A DNA stretch of 64,000 nt from a virus (taxonomy: Duplodnaviria > Caudoviricetes): positions 96,001 to 160,000 of IMG/VR virus record IMGVR_UViG_3300032321_001270. One strand, given 5' to 3'. A program made the position numbers and the translations under genes. The notes below the pieces were generated by a model. That model did no database searches. It saw only the letters and a list, made by a program, of their open reading frames with translations, and was not told the origin of the DNA. Positions 28,408 through 36,770 of this stretch are shown in pieces. Numbering within the stretch: the stretch's first letter is position 1; each line of letters begins with the position of its first letter.

Positions 28408-28713
28408 TTACTCTAGCCTTTTGTAAATTTTTGTTTTGATATGTTTGCGGTGTGAAATACTTCCCGGGTCAGCCGAAACGTACTCCACATAATATTCTGG
28501 CAAAGTCCATGGAATACGCCCGCCAGTACCGACCAACCTATTCGCTTCCTCTTCAGCCGACCATTTAGCGCGAATTTCTTTTGTTCGCATTTCAATGTCT
28601 ATTCTGTCGTCATAGAGGATTTCTTGGTCTTTTTCTGTTGGTTCGTATTTAGCGTCGTCCGGTTCATAGCCAAGACTATCCCACAATTCTCTATGTCTTC
28701 TTGGGGTAAGCAT
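28408..28713 (-). CDS. Hypothetical protein, 101 aa
   Basis: ATG behind GGAGG just after tRNA-Gln. Confidence 0.7.
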   Translation of the reverse strand: MLTPRRHRELWDSLGYEPDDAKYEPTEKDQEILYDDRIDIEMRTKEIRAKWSAEEEANRLVGTGGRIPWTLPEYYVEYVSADPGSISHRKHIKTKIYKRLE

Positions 28714-28724
28714 AAACCCTCCAA

Positions 28725-28795
28725 ATGCCCGACTAGGATTCGAACCTAGACAAAGAGAACCAAAATCTCTTGTGCTACCGTTACACCATCGGGCA
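28725..28795 (-). tRNA. tRNA-Gln(TTG)
   Basis: TGCCCGA/TCGGGCA acceptor, AGAGA-TTTTGGT-TCTCT anticodon arm, CTAGG-TTCGAAT-CCTAG T arm; no CCA. Confidence 0.92.
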
Positions 28796-28975
28796 ACCGC
28801 GCGTTGAATCCATTCATTTACGAGCTTCTGGCACACACCTATGAGGAGACCATCTTGCTGAGCGTTACCAGCTTCGTGGTTATGACCCACTCACGACTAG
28901 GGTGTCGGGCCGTCTGACTTCAAGGAACGGCTTTAGGACCGAGAACAAGGACGCCGACACGCCCGGGTTGACTTG

Positions 28976-29251
28976 TCAGTCTTCTATGACTGAGTCGCGA
29001 AAATTGACGAATTCGCCGCCGTCATCGTTGAACAGCAGCCCGGGTTCTCCACCGCCGCCTGCCTCTTCAGCCGCGCGCGTTGCGTATTTGCGCAGCAGCT
29101 TGTAGATCGACGCGCCGCGGCGGTCACCGAACTTGAGGCACAGCAGCGCCTCGACGGTCAGATACTCCTCATACCCCTCTTCGACGTTTTCGTCATCGTG
29201 CGGGTTTTCGTCGTCGATGAAGCCGCCAAAATCGAAATTATTGTTATACAT
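28976..29251 (-). CDS. Acidic hypothetical protein, 91 aa
   Basis: AGGTGG RBS; D/E rich. Confidence 0.65.
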   Translation of the reverse strand: MYNNNFDFGGFIDDENPHDDENVEEGYEEYLTVEALLCLKFGDRRGASIYKLLRKYATRAAEEAGGGGEPGLLFNDDGGEFVNFRDSVIED

Positions 29252-29261
29252 ATGCCACCTG

Positions 29262-30419
29262 TTAATAGATTACGGTCAATGAAACAACGCAATTGGTTAA
29301 AGGAAACAAATACACTCCCAACGCGGAAAATTGCCGCGGCTGTTCAAGCCGCATGATGATTGTGCCGTTCTGCACGAGTTTGGCCACAACGTATGGCCCG
29401 ACGGTGCTGGTCACCGCGTCTAGTACTACGGCGTAATCCGTGCCGGGAACTGGAAACTGAATCGTGGCGCCGGTGGGCCCGGTAGCGCCAATGATTCCCA
29501 TGCTAGTGGCTTCAAGCGCGTCGTCAATAACAGTCGTCAGAGACGCCACCATTTCTCTGGTCGCGACAACCGGAAACACCGTCTTTGTAAACTCGCCAAA
29601 GCAGTTGCTGTGTTCGACGAGCGCGCCTTCCGCGGGCTCAAGCACGGCAATTGCTGTTAACTCTTTTACAGCCGCGCGAACATACGCAAGCAACGCAGGA
29701 CACACAGCTAGATAGTCGTCTGCGGTGTTTGTGCCAACGACAGACTCGTCGCCTTTCTTACGCCGCACGAACTCACCCGTTTCGAGGATGATGTTGTGCG
29801 TGTTGCTGCCGTTGTCAAATGAGATGCCGCGCAACGACGGGCCTCGATCGCCGTTTGGCAGCTTGTCGCGAAATACAACAAGGCTAGCTTCGAGAGACGC
29901 CGCCGTTTGCTCGGTAAACTGCGCGGGCTGAAAAACACGAGACAACATGCGCTCGTTGTAGATCTCGGGCGCAGTCGGGCTCACCAGCAACGGATTATTT
30001 GGCGACTCAGCAACTTCAGCAATTACGGCGTCAAAGATATCTTGGGCCGGGACGTCAGAGGCCGCTAGTCCATTCTCGATGAGATCTGAAAACAAAACGA
30101 GAGCGGCGCTTACCATTGCCGGCGCCGTTTCTCTGGTCGCGCCATATTGCACAGCCACGTCGAGGCCGCGATTTAGCGATGCGTGCGTAATTGAAAACGG
30201 CACGGCACCCCAATTGATGTCTCCGGCTTTTTGAGCCAACAGCGCCAGCGCCCTAAAAAACGCGGGGTCTTTCTTGGGCGTCGATGCCTGCCGAAATAAC
30301 TCAAGCGTGCAAGCCAGCAGTCGTAGCTGCGCCGGATCGTTGAATGTTCGAAACTTTCCTAGAAACTCCCTAAGCAGACTTGATGGTTTGTGTGATTTTT
30401 CCACTGAATACTCCGTCAC
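29262..30419 (-). CDS. Hypothetical protein, 385 aa
   Basis: Long ORF on the coding strand; no family recognised. Confidence 0.75.
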   Translation of the reverse strand: MTEYSVEKSHKPSSLLREFLGKFRTFNDPAQLRLLACTLELFRQASTPKKDPAFFRALALLAQKAGDINWGAVPFSITHASLNRGLDVAVQYGATRETAPAMVSAALVLFSDLIENGLAASDVPAQDIFDAVIAEVAESPNNPLLVSPTAPEIYNERMLSRVFQPAQFTEQTAASLEASLVVFRDKLPNGDRGPSLRGISFDNGSNTHNIILETGEFVRRKKGDESVVGTNTADDYLAVCPALLAYVRAAVKELTAIAVLEPAEGALVEHSNCFGEFTKTVFPVVATREMVASLTTVIDDALEATSMGIIGATGPTGATIQFPVPGTDYAVVLDAVTSTVGPYVVAKLVQNGTIIMRLEQPRQFSALGVYLFPLTNCVVSLTVIY

Positions 30420-31569
30420 ATGCTTCTAAAAGGTTGGTCACGTTTGCGCGGTAGGTGCCTGTTAATTTGTGATGAGTGCCGTTATGGCTAACCACATGGG
30501 GTGCAAAATCTGGTTGAACGTGATTATCAAAAAGGACTGCGTGAAACCCGGGACGATCGCCAACGCAAGGAACTGCCGCCCGGGTCTGTAAAAACAAATG
30601 AAGACCACGCATAGCGTCGCCTATAAACAACATTACGCCGCGGTCTGTCTGACATAGCTGACGTACCTGCTCTGCAAATACCAGCAGGTCGATATACGTG
30701 GCGGCTCCGATAGCTGCGCCAAGCTCTGCTCCAATGCCAGATGGATAGGCGTGCTCAGCCATTTCACCGACTTCGACGTGGATGGTAGCTGGAACGCCAA
30801 GCTCGTACGCTGCGTAGATTAGGCTGCGGGTTTTGTTATCTTTGGGATCAAACGCCCAGCGTCCAGCTGCTTCGCCGTAACCAATGCCCTGTGTCGCCGC
30901 CATCCGGGCTACGTAGTTCAGGTCATTAAGAACCTTTGGCTCGGCGGCTCTGATATCGGCCATCAGTCCTGTGCCTGTTGTGGCGACGGCTGTGACGTAC
31001 TTCTTACGCAACAGTTCAGCCGACACGATACCGGCGCCGGCATGAATAGCCGTGGCACCAATAAACAGAATCACGGGCCTGTTCTCTACGCGAGCACTGT
31101 GAATGACCCGGGCAACGGTGATGTGCTCCGGCGAAACATTACTGGCTAGCTCTGTGGCATAAGGCGACATCGTGTCACGCGGCGGAACAACCGCGGTTAA
31201 AGGATTGAAGAGCGGAAAAGAACTGTGAAACTCATTGGGCAACACGAATGCCCCGGGTTGAGGCAAGTCGCCGCGAAGCATCGGGCCGTCACCCCACAGC
31301 AACCAGTTGGCGCAGACGTCAGTGTGGCTGAGAATCTGCGCCACCAGTTCTGTGCTGACCGCATGTCGTCGGTTCAGAATCTTTCCAAGATGCGTTGAGT
31401 CGAGTTCGATGGCGCGGGCAAAGGCAGGGACATTGTTGTCAAACAGAAACGAGCAGATGTACTCAATCCGTTGAAGCCACGGCTGATCGTGGTGTAGCAG
31501 TTTGCGCCTGTGCTGCTCGTGTTTCTGGCGCTGCAGTTTGCTCTGCTTCTCTTTTCTGGGCCTTGGCAT
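30370..31569 (-). CDS. XRE/CI-type HTH fused to a deoxyhypusine-synthase-like (GSU2086-type) domain
   Basis: FARAIELDSTHLGKILN...NWLLWGDGPM (CI-like HTH); RPVILFIGA..IHAG...VTAVATTG, GYGEAAG, SLIYAAYELGVPATIHV, ATYIDL..FAEQV. Confidence 0.65.
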   Translation of the reverse strand: MPRPRKEKQSKLQRQKHEQHRRKLLHHDQPWLQRIEYICSFLFDNNVPAFARAIELDSTHLGKILNRRHAVSTELVAQILSHTDVCANWLLWGDGPMLRGDLPQPGAFVLPNEFHSSFPLFNPLTAVVPPRDTMSPYATELASNVSPEHITVARVIHSARVENRPVILFIGATAIHAGAGIVSAELLRKKYVTAVATTGTGLMADIRAAEPKVLNDLNYVARMAATQGIGYGEAAGRWAFDPKDNKTRSLIYAAYELGVPATIHVEVGEMAEHAYPSGIGAELGAAIGAATYIDLLVFAEQVRQLCQTDRGVMLFIGDAMRGLHLFLQTRAAVPCVGDRPGFHAVLFDNHVQPDFAPHVVSHNGTHHKLTGTYRANVTNLLEACDGVFSGKITQTIKSA

Positions 31570-32482
31570 TGGCGTCTTTCAGTTTGTGATACTGTATTAA
31601 CTCAAAGCCAGTTTTTCTGAAGAGCCCTGTGCCGGCCAGTGTGCGCGTATCGTGGATGGCCCGCAGGTACGCTGCAACGATCTCATCGTAGCCGCTGAGC
31701 AATTCCTGCGGGTAGCGATTGAACTGACCCAGTATGTTGAACAGCTCAGTGTCGTGTTGATTGTAGCACTCCAAAACTTTGATTGACGTAAGATACGCTA
31801 CGCGACTACCGCGCACGCGCACAAATGGTAATTTTGTTTTTGGCTTGTGCAAGAAAACCTGCCGCGTCTCAATCAACCACCCGTTGTCCTGCGGCACAAC
31901 ACCTAACCGCCACATCGAACCTACTGTTTTGCGCTGCAGCTGCTTGGTGCACTTTTTGTAAGCTGTCCGTTCGCGCTGCAGTTCACCCCACAAAAAACGT
32001 TCATACTGCGTTACTGTTTCATTGCCGCAACCCACAGCAGGATTGAAGTCCGGGGCGGCTACAAAACGGTTGGCTACGCGACACGTGACGATAAGCGGGG
32101 TTTTGTTATCTTTGCGGCCAATTCTCCGCAACTTTGCTTTCACATAACGATACTGCGCCGTGCTAATACGCGCGTAGCAGAACGGACAAAAATAAGACCT
32201 GTTACACGGCCGAAACGTCTTGTCTTTTTTCCAGCGAAAGTACAAGAACGTAGGTCGGCAAAACAGGCAGCGTTGAAACGACAGCGCAAATTGTTTCAGG
32301 TTAAAATCCGCTAAGTACGGATTTAACTCGCGACCACTGGGGTACCAAAGGTTTCGTGCCGCAAGATCTTTTAACTTTTGTGCCCAGCGTTTGCGCACCG
32401 TGTTCGTGCGCCCGACGACAACCTTGTGTGTTTTGCTACCGTCGACGCCCAAAACAAAATGCTGGGCAAAAATATGCGACAT
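31463..32482 (-). CDS. Degenerate rolling-circle Rep (HUH)-like protein with Zn finger
   Basis: C..C...PCNRSYFCPFCYAR Zn motif, LIVTC, C-terminal YLRAIHDTRTLAGTGLFR like Rep_1 AL..RRLI.YGGL.K. Start uncertain (32482-32632). Confidence 0.45.
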   Translation of the reverse strand: MSHIFAQHFVLGVDGSKTHKVVVGRTNTVRKRWAQKLKDLAARNLWYPSGRELNPYLADFNLKQFALSFQRCLFCRPTFLYFRWKKDKTFRPCNRSYFCPFCYARISTAQYRYVKAKLRRIGRKDNKTPLIVTCRVANRFVAAPDFNPAVGCGNETVTQYERFLWGELQRERTAYKKCTKQLQRKTVGSMWRLGVVPQDNGWLIETRQVFLHKPKTKLPFVRVRGSRVAYLTSIKVLECYNQHDTELFNILGQFNRYPQELLSGYDEIVAAYLRAIHDTRTLAGTGLFRKTGFELIQYHKLKDANAKAQKREAEQTAAPETRAAQAQTATPRSAVASTD

Positions 32483-32570
32483 CCTTCGGCCGATTCGCGC
32501 AACGCGCCACACACGTAACCGATAGCGCCGCACATATGCCGCAAAGTCAAATACACTCAAAGTGAATCTT

Positions 32571-32840
32571 TCATTTTGTCCGCTCCAGCAGCGACCGCAG
32601 CGTGGCGGGATCGCCGCATGTCTTGGCGTCAATCAGATCAGCGGCATTCTCAATCGCCTCCCGCTCCTCGTCGGTGAGCGAGGGCTGCGGCTGGCTGTAG
32701 AGCGGAACCACCACGCCATTGCAACTCAGTGCAACGTCACCGGCAGTCGCGGCCGATGGGTAGACGAACTCGCAGTCGATCTCTTCGTTGTTGCCGCGCG
32801 GCGTCACGGCCCATGCCACAGGCTCGTTTGTGTTGCTCAT
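32571..32840 (-). CDS. Hypothetical protein (EPVAW N-terminus)
   Basis: ATG behind AAGGAG; EPVAW...PLY...LTDEEREAI module. Confidence 0.7.
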   Translation of the reverse strand: MSNTNEPVAWAVTPRGNNEEIDCEFVYPSAATAGDVALSCNGVVVPLYSQPQPSLTDEEREAIENAADLIDAKTCGDPATLRSLLERTK

Positions 32841-33145
32841 CTTGTCTCCTTCACAAAAATACCTTCTGGGGTTAACGTACCCTTGCGGTCTTTGATCTGC
32901 TCGTACGCCATTGCAAGGCAGTATTCGGGTGTGATGCCGTGTAGCGCGCAATACAGAATCAGCGTCACGAGCACGTCGCCCACGCCGTCTACGATTTCCG
33001 TGCGATCGTTTTTAAGCGTCGCATCAGCCAGTTCGCCCAGCTCCGACATTGTCTTCATCAGCTGCGCGGTTGGGTTGCTGTTGGGGATAATCTGCCGATC
33101 CTTTGCCCACTGAATTACATTCTCTTCCAGTTCTTGATACGTCAT
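32837..33145 (-). CDS. MazG-like NTP pyrophosphohydrolase
   Basis: KTMSELGELA...EIVDGVGDVLVTL...AYEQIKDRKG. Confidence 0.85.
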   Translation of the reverse strand: MTYQELEENVIQWAKDRQIIPNSNPTAQLMKTMSELGELADATLKNDRTEIVDGVGDVLVTLILYCALHGITPEYCLAMAYEQIKDRKGTLTPEGIFVKETR

Positions 33146-33371
33146 TCGAGCGTCCTTGTTGTCTAAGGTATTCCATCTGTTGCATTAATGCTTGATCGTG
33201 CAGCGATAGGAGTTCTAGTCCATACTCCTGCAGCTTGTGTTTCAATTTTTCGTATTCGGGGCGGAGGAGATTGAGCAACGCAAGAACGCTACGCATCTCT
33301 TGTGCGTTTAGCTCTCCCATCGCTAGCCGAATGGCCTGCCGGTCGCCGGCCCAAATAGGCTCAAGATTCAT
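33024..33371 (-). CDS. Hypothetical protein
   Basis: ATG overlapping the SEC-C gene stop; 3' end overlaps the mazG-like gene. Confidence 0.55.
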   Translation of the reverse strand: MNLEPIWAGDRQAIRLAMGELNAQEMRSVLALLNLLRPEYEKLKHKLQEYGLELLSLHDQALMQQMEYLRQQGRSNDVSRTGRECNSVGKGSADYPQQQPNRAADEDNVGAGRTG

Positions 33372-33855
33372 TTGCCGGCTGCGCCTCGTCAGCGGGATCC
33401 AGCGTATCGGGCAGGCTATCAAGCTTAGCCTGCTGTACGCCCATGCGAGCCTTGATCAGCTCCACTGCATGCTCAACGCTCTTGACCTCAATAAAGGGCA
33501 ACGTGGCCTGCAGGTGCTCCCACTTGGTTGGCCCGACGCCGGCGACGTTGATCTCGCCCGGCGCCTGATCAGCAAACTCTTCAAGATGCGCAATCGCGAC
33601 AGCCTCTTCGCGCGACGAGAACACAAGGATTTTGTTATCTATGTCGGAGAAGAATTTGACGCCGGTGTCATCGCAAATCACGTACTTCACCGCCGACTCT
33701 CCGGTATCGATGTAGCTGGCGGCTTTAGCGGCCGGAGCGTAGCTATTGCGGTTGCTCGGCGCGTCTGGGCTGTGGCAAGATTTAAACTTCTTGCCGCTTC
33801 CGCAGGGACACCGGTCGTTACGTTTGATAATGCTATTTTTGCGAATCGTCGTCAT
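33361..33855 (-). CDS. SEC-C motif protein
   Basis: RNDRCPCGSGKKFKSCH; GGAGG RBS. Confidence 0.85.
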   Translation of the reverse strand: MTTIRKNSIIKRNDRCPCGSGKKFKSCHSPDAPSNRNSYAPAAKAASYIDTGESAVKYVICDDTGVKFFSDIDNKILVFSSREEAVAIAHLEEFADQAPGEINVAGVGPTKWEHLQATLPFIEVKSVEHAVELIKARMGVQQAKLDSLPDTLDPADEAQPANES

Positions 33856-34126
33856 CGTTGGCCTCCGTGCTGGATACTGGACTCAGCGGCATGATCCGCC
33901 GACCCAAGTTTGGCATTGTCATCTTTTCTATCTTTGGCGCAAGACGAGCATAGTTCTCTTTAAACTGCGCCAACGATAACCCTGTCCGCGGTAGCGCTAT
34001 GTCTAACGTTAATGTCGGGCGCGCGTCCATGTTGTGCAGTGAGACGTTTAAAAGTATGCCGCCAAATAACTCGGCCACCGCATTTTGAAGCACGTGCATC
34101 GTGTCTTCGGGGTCGTCGTAGCTCAC
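33833..34126 (-). CDS. Hypothetical protein, 97 aa
   Basis: GTGA coupling with upstream ORF. Confidence 0.55.
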   Translation of the reverse strand: MSYDDPEDTMHVLQNAVAELFGGILLNVSLHNMDARPTLTLDIALPRTGLSLAQFKENYARLAPKIEKMTMPNLGRRIMPLSPVSSTEANDDDDSQK

Positions 34127-34359
34127 AGGTACACCGTTACGGCAGCCGTGGTTTTGATACCCGTCTTGTCGACAACGGCCTGCCCGTGAATAAACGCGCG
34201 CTTGCCGACATAAGTGTCGCCGTTGTATATCACGCACGTATTTTCAGAATTTAGATAGTCAGGCAGAATGACCTTCTGCTTGCCCGCCGCAAGCGCCACC
34301 GTCTGCGGATTCGTTTCGCTGGGCTGCTGCGGAATCGTGACCACACCGGGCGTTGTCAT
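34123..34359 (-). CDS. Hypothetical protein, 78 aa
   Basis: AAGGAG RBS. Confidence 0.65.
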   Translation of the reverse strand: MTTPGVVTIPQQPSETNPQTVALAAGKQKVILPDYLNSENTCVIYNGDTYVGKRAFIHGQAVVDKTGIKTTAAVTVYL

Positions 34360-34477
34360 GGCGGGCTCCTTGGAAAAAGACGTTGTGGCAAACCTTGCCG
34401 ATCGGGCTGGTCAAAAGCGTGTTGAAGTCAAAAGCAGTTTCAGAACGCTCAGGGTGCTTTTTGGATTGCGTGTCCAT
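34259..34477 (-). CDS. Possible short ORF, 72 aa
   Basis: Weak RBS and 100-nt overlap with the next gene; doubtful. Confidence 0.3.
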   Translation of the reverse strand: MDTQSKKHPERSETAFDFNTLLTSPIGKVCHNVFFQGARHDNARCGHDSAAAQRNESADGGACGGQAEGHSA

Positions 34478-34596
34478 GATTGGTCTCGCTGGTTGAAGCG
34501 CGGATTATGTTGTCATAATTGCGCCGGATTGCGTGTAAGGGGTAAAACGGTCAAAAAATCGCATCTAAGTAGTTGGCGCTATTGGGTTTGTGAAAA

Positions 34597-34651
34597 CTCA
34601 TTTGAGCAATTTTTGTCCGATTTACTCGGACCTAGTGTAGGTAAACCTACA
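34597..34651. repeat. Three adjacent inverted repeats in an AT-rich intergenic region
   Basis: CTCA-TT-TGAG (34597-34606), GTCCGA-TTTAC-TCGGAC (34615-34631), TGTAGGT-AA-ACCTACA (34636-34651). Confidence 0.7.
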
Positions 34652-34787
34652 AGGAGGAAGACATTTTTTTGTGTGTTTTGAAACTGAGATGGATACTGTG
34701 TGATCGGGGGCTGTTTCAATAGGGTTTGGGATTTTGGGTAATTTGTGGTTACAGCCTGCTCAGTTTTGGATATCAAAAAAAGAGAAT

Positions 34788-34820
34788 GCGTAGGGGCGGG
34801 TTTTTAGCCCGCCCCTACGC
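34788..34820 (-). terminator. Rho-independent terminator
   Basis: Perfect 13-bp stem GCGTAGGGGCGGG/CCCGCCCCTACGC, then ATTCTCTTTTTTT on the minus strand. Confidence 0.85.
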
Positions 34821-34841
34821 GTAAAACAACAGTGTTGATCG

Positions 34842-35963
34842 TCAGCGTGTTATTCCTGCTGCACGTCGCTGGATTGGGACTGGCAGCGGGAAGCTGCCGT
34901 CGTGGTTGAGTGCCCGGATACGTCGGGACGTTGCTTCTTTGTGCTGCGCTACGTTGTTCCACGTGCGGATACACATCGCAAGCATGTCAATGCCTTCGAT
35001 CCGCGAGCCGTTTGGGCGGCTCTTATCTCGGATGATCTGCTCACGCAGCTGGTGCACCGGAGACTTCTCGTCAATGTTGGCACCCAGCGCTAGTCCGCGC
35101 ACAAAGCCGTTTGCCGCGGAGGTAGACTGGATTTCTGCGATGATGGCATGCACCGTAGCAATAACCGCCAAGGAAATCAGCGCTCGCGTCGTCGGGATGC
35201 CAAGGCCACTGCAGTATTCAACGGACGTCTGCAGCTGCGGAGACATCTGGAACAGTTCGAGGACGCGGTTGTTCGGCAACCGGTCACGCATGTTTTCCAT
35301 GTAGAACGGATTATCCGGCTCCAGTTCCTGCGTCAGATTTGCGTACTGCGTTTGCAACCGGATTGCGTGGCTCCAGACGCTCTCGTTGATATCCATCAGA
35401 TCAACTGCCGCCAAGCGCGCGCCAACATAAAGCGTGTCCTTGGTCGTGCGCTGGCGGCCGCAATCGAACGTGTCGAACACGCTCGGGTGCAGGCCAATGA
35501 TCGGAATCGACAGCAGGGGAGATACGAGCGTGTTGTTCGCTCTGCCGATTGCAAACGCGTTGATCACGCTTTGCAGCGTGTGCTGCTTATCCAGCAGCGC
35601 CGTGTTCGAAAACGGCAGCGTCGACGACAACCCGTTGAAACACCACTCGCCCTGCAAAATTGTCTGCGTCAGTTCGCGGACGTTGTTCTTGCTGGGCTTG
35701 CGGTTTACCGTGTTGTACGTCAGCAGCGCTTCGGCCACAACGTCGTCGATGACGATGGGCACAAAGGTATCAAAACGCTGCGGACTTCGCCGCGGATCGT
35801 TATCGGCCAGCGTGCGTCCTTCCGCGTCGACCGTCGGGCCGGGAATGGTAGCAGGCAACGTTCGCTTGGCCGGATCGCGCTGCTCGTGCAAGAGCATTTC
35901 CATCGCGAGCTGGTTCTGGTTATCGGGATAGGGCCAAAAACGTGTCTGTTCGTTCCTTGCCAT
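34842..35963 (-). CDS. ParB-N/DGQHR-like domain protein
   Basis: AEALLTYNTVNRKPSKNNV...GEWCFNG...LLDKQHTL (DGQHR variant); AAGGAG RBS. Confidence 0.65.
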   Translation of the reverse strand: MARNEQTRFWPYPDNQNQLAMEMLLHEQRDPAKRTLPATIPGPTVDAEGRTLADNDPRRSPQRFDTFVPIVIDDVVAEALLTYNTVNRKPSKNNVRELTQTILQGEWCFNGLSSTLPFSNTALLDKQHTLQSVINAFAIGRANNTLVSPLLSIPIIGLHPSVFDTFDCGRQRTTKDTLYVGARLAAVDLMDINESVWSHAIRLQTQYANLTQELEPDNPFYMENMRDRLPNNRVLELFQMSPQLQTSVEYCSGLGIPTTRALISLAVIATVHAIIAEIQSTSAANGFVRGLALGANIDEKSPVHQLREQIIRDKSRPNGSRIEGIDMLAMCIRTWNNVAQHKEATSRRIRALNHDGSFPLPVPIQRRAAGITR

Positions 35964-35968
35964 TTTAT

Positions 35969-36310
35969 TTACTCCTTGGGTGACGAAACCGACTTGGGTA
36001 TCGGGATGAACGCAGACGCAATGACGCGCAGCTGCTGTCCATCAATTTCAACGGGTACAAGTTCGTCGTCGATAAGTTGACGCACGACTCTTGGGCCGCG
36101 TGTGTTTCCGCACAGAATGCTTTTTCCTGTGCTACTGGGTTTACGTTTGTCTTTGCCGATCAGCGGAATGCGCAACACAATGACGTCGTCTTCGAGTGTT
36201 GCGACAATCGTGCCAATCGGGCTTTTGCTCGGCATCTTACGTTCTTTGCCGCGCTTCACTGTGGGCTTTAACGAAATTTTTTCCACAAAGCACACTAACT
36301 GGTTAGGCAA
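35969..36310 (-). CDS. Hypothetical protein (SSTGKS motif family)
   Basis: PSSTGKSILCGNTRG; start may be 36235. Confidence 0.65.
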   Translation of the reverse strand: MPNQLVCFVEKISLKPTVKRGKERKMPSKSPIGTIVATLEDDVIVLRIPLIGKDKRKPSSTGKSILCGNTRGPRVVRQLIDDELVPVEIDGQQLRVIASAFIPIPKSVSSPKE

Positions 36311-36632
36311 CTACTTCCGGTTCGTTGCTGGGTTTGGATTCTTCGGGCACTTCATACTCCGGTAGCATGTCGTACAGCCCCATCTCCATATCAAGGATCA
36401 GGCGGTCTGGTACGTCTGGCCCGCAGTAAATCATGCAGCGCATGTGCGGGTCGGCCGGCTTTCCGGCAATGTGCTCGTGGACCATGGCCCACGTAATAAC
36501 ATAGAACCGCCCGTCAGGCAGGCTGTTGACCAGATCCTGCGGCAGCGAGCGGTTGTAGTGCAGCACATCGCGCGAAAGGTGATTAATACGGTTGAGATAT
36601 TCTTTGTCGAGATATTTGTATTTTTGGGCCAC
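36303..36632 (-). CDS. Hypothetical protein, 109 aa
   Basis: GAGG RBS with GTG start. Confidence 0.65.
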   Translation of the reverse strand: MAQKYKYLDKEYLNRINHLSRDVLHYNRSLPQDLVNSLPDGRFYVITWAMVHEHIAGKPADPHMRCMIYCGPDVPDRLILDMEMGLYDMLPEYEVPEESKPSNEPEVVA

Positions 36633-36770
36633 TCAAACCTCGGTGTAGGCGACGCTCGAACCTTCGCCGTATTTTTTCACGGCTTTCTTTTCGGCTGCGT
36701 TGTGGCTGCCGGCTTTGATCAGCTCGGGCATTTCATTGCCCTTGGGGTCATACACGATGTACGTTTTCAT
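36633..36770 (-). CDS. Small protein, 45 aa (MKTYIVYDPKGNE...)
   Basis: Below track cutoff; ATGA coupling; fills the gap exactly. Confidence 0.65.
   Translation of the reverse strand: MKTYIVYDPKGNEMPELIKAGSHNAAEKKAVKKYGEGSSVAYTEV

Noticed and set aside
28515-28540. GGT/GGC near-periodic run on the minus strand (TAGGTTGGTCGGTACTGGCGGGCG)
   Set aside because: Short, irregular period, and explained by Gly-rich coding (LVGTGGR).
28408-28890. 160-aa ORF reading through tRNA-Gln
   Set aside because: An internal ATG at 28713 has a GGAGG RBS right after the tRNA; the upstream in-frame extension is probably fortuitous.
28872-28890. Second CAT anticodon-like hairpin (GTGG-GTCATAA-CCAC-GAAG)
   Set aside because: No acceptor, D or T arms; at most a decayed tRNA fragment.
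29473-29505. Collagen-like G-x-T run (GIIGATGPTGAT)
   Set aside because: Only about four triplets, too short for a collagen domain.
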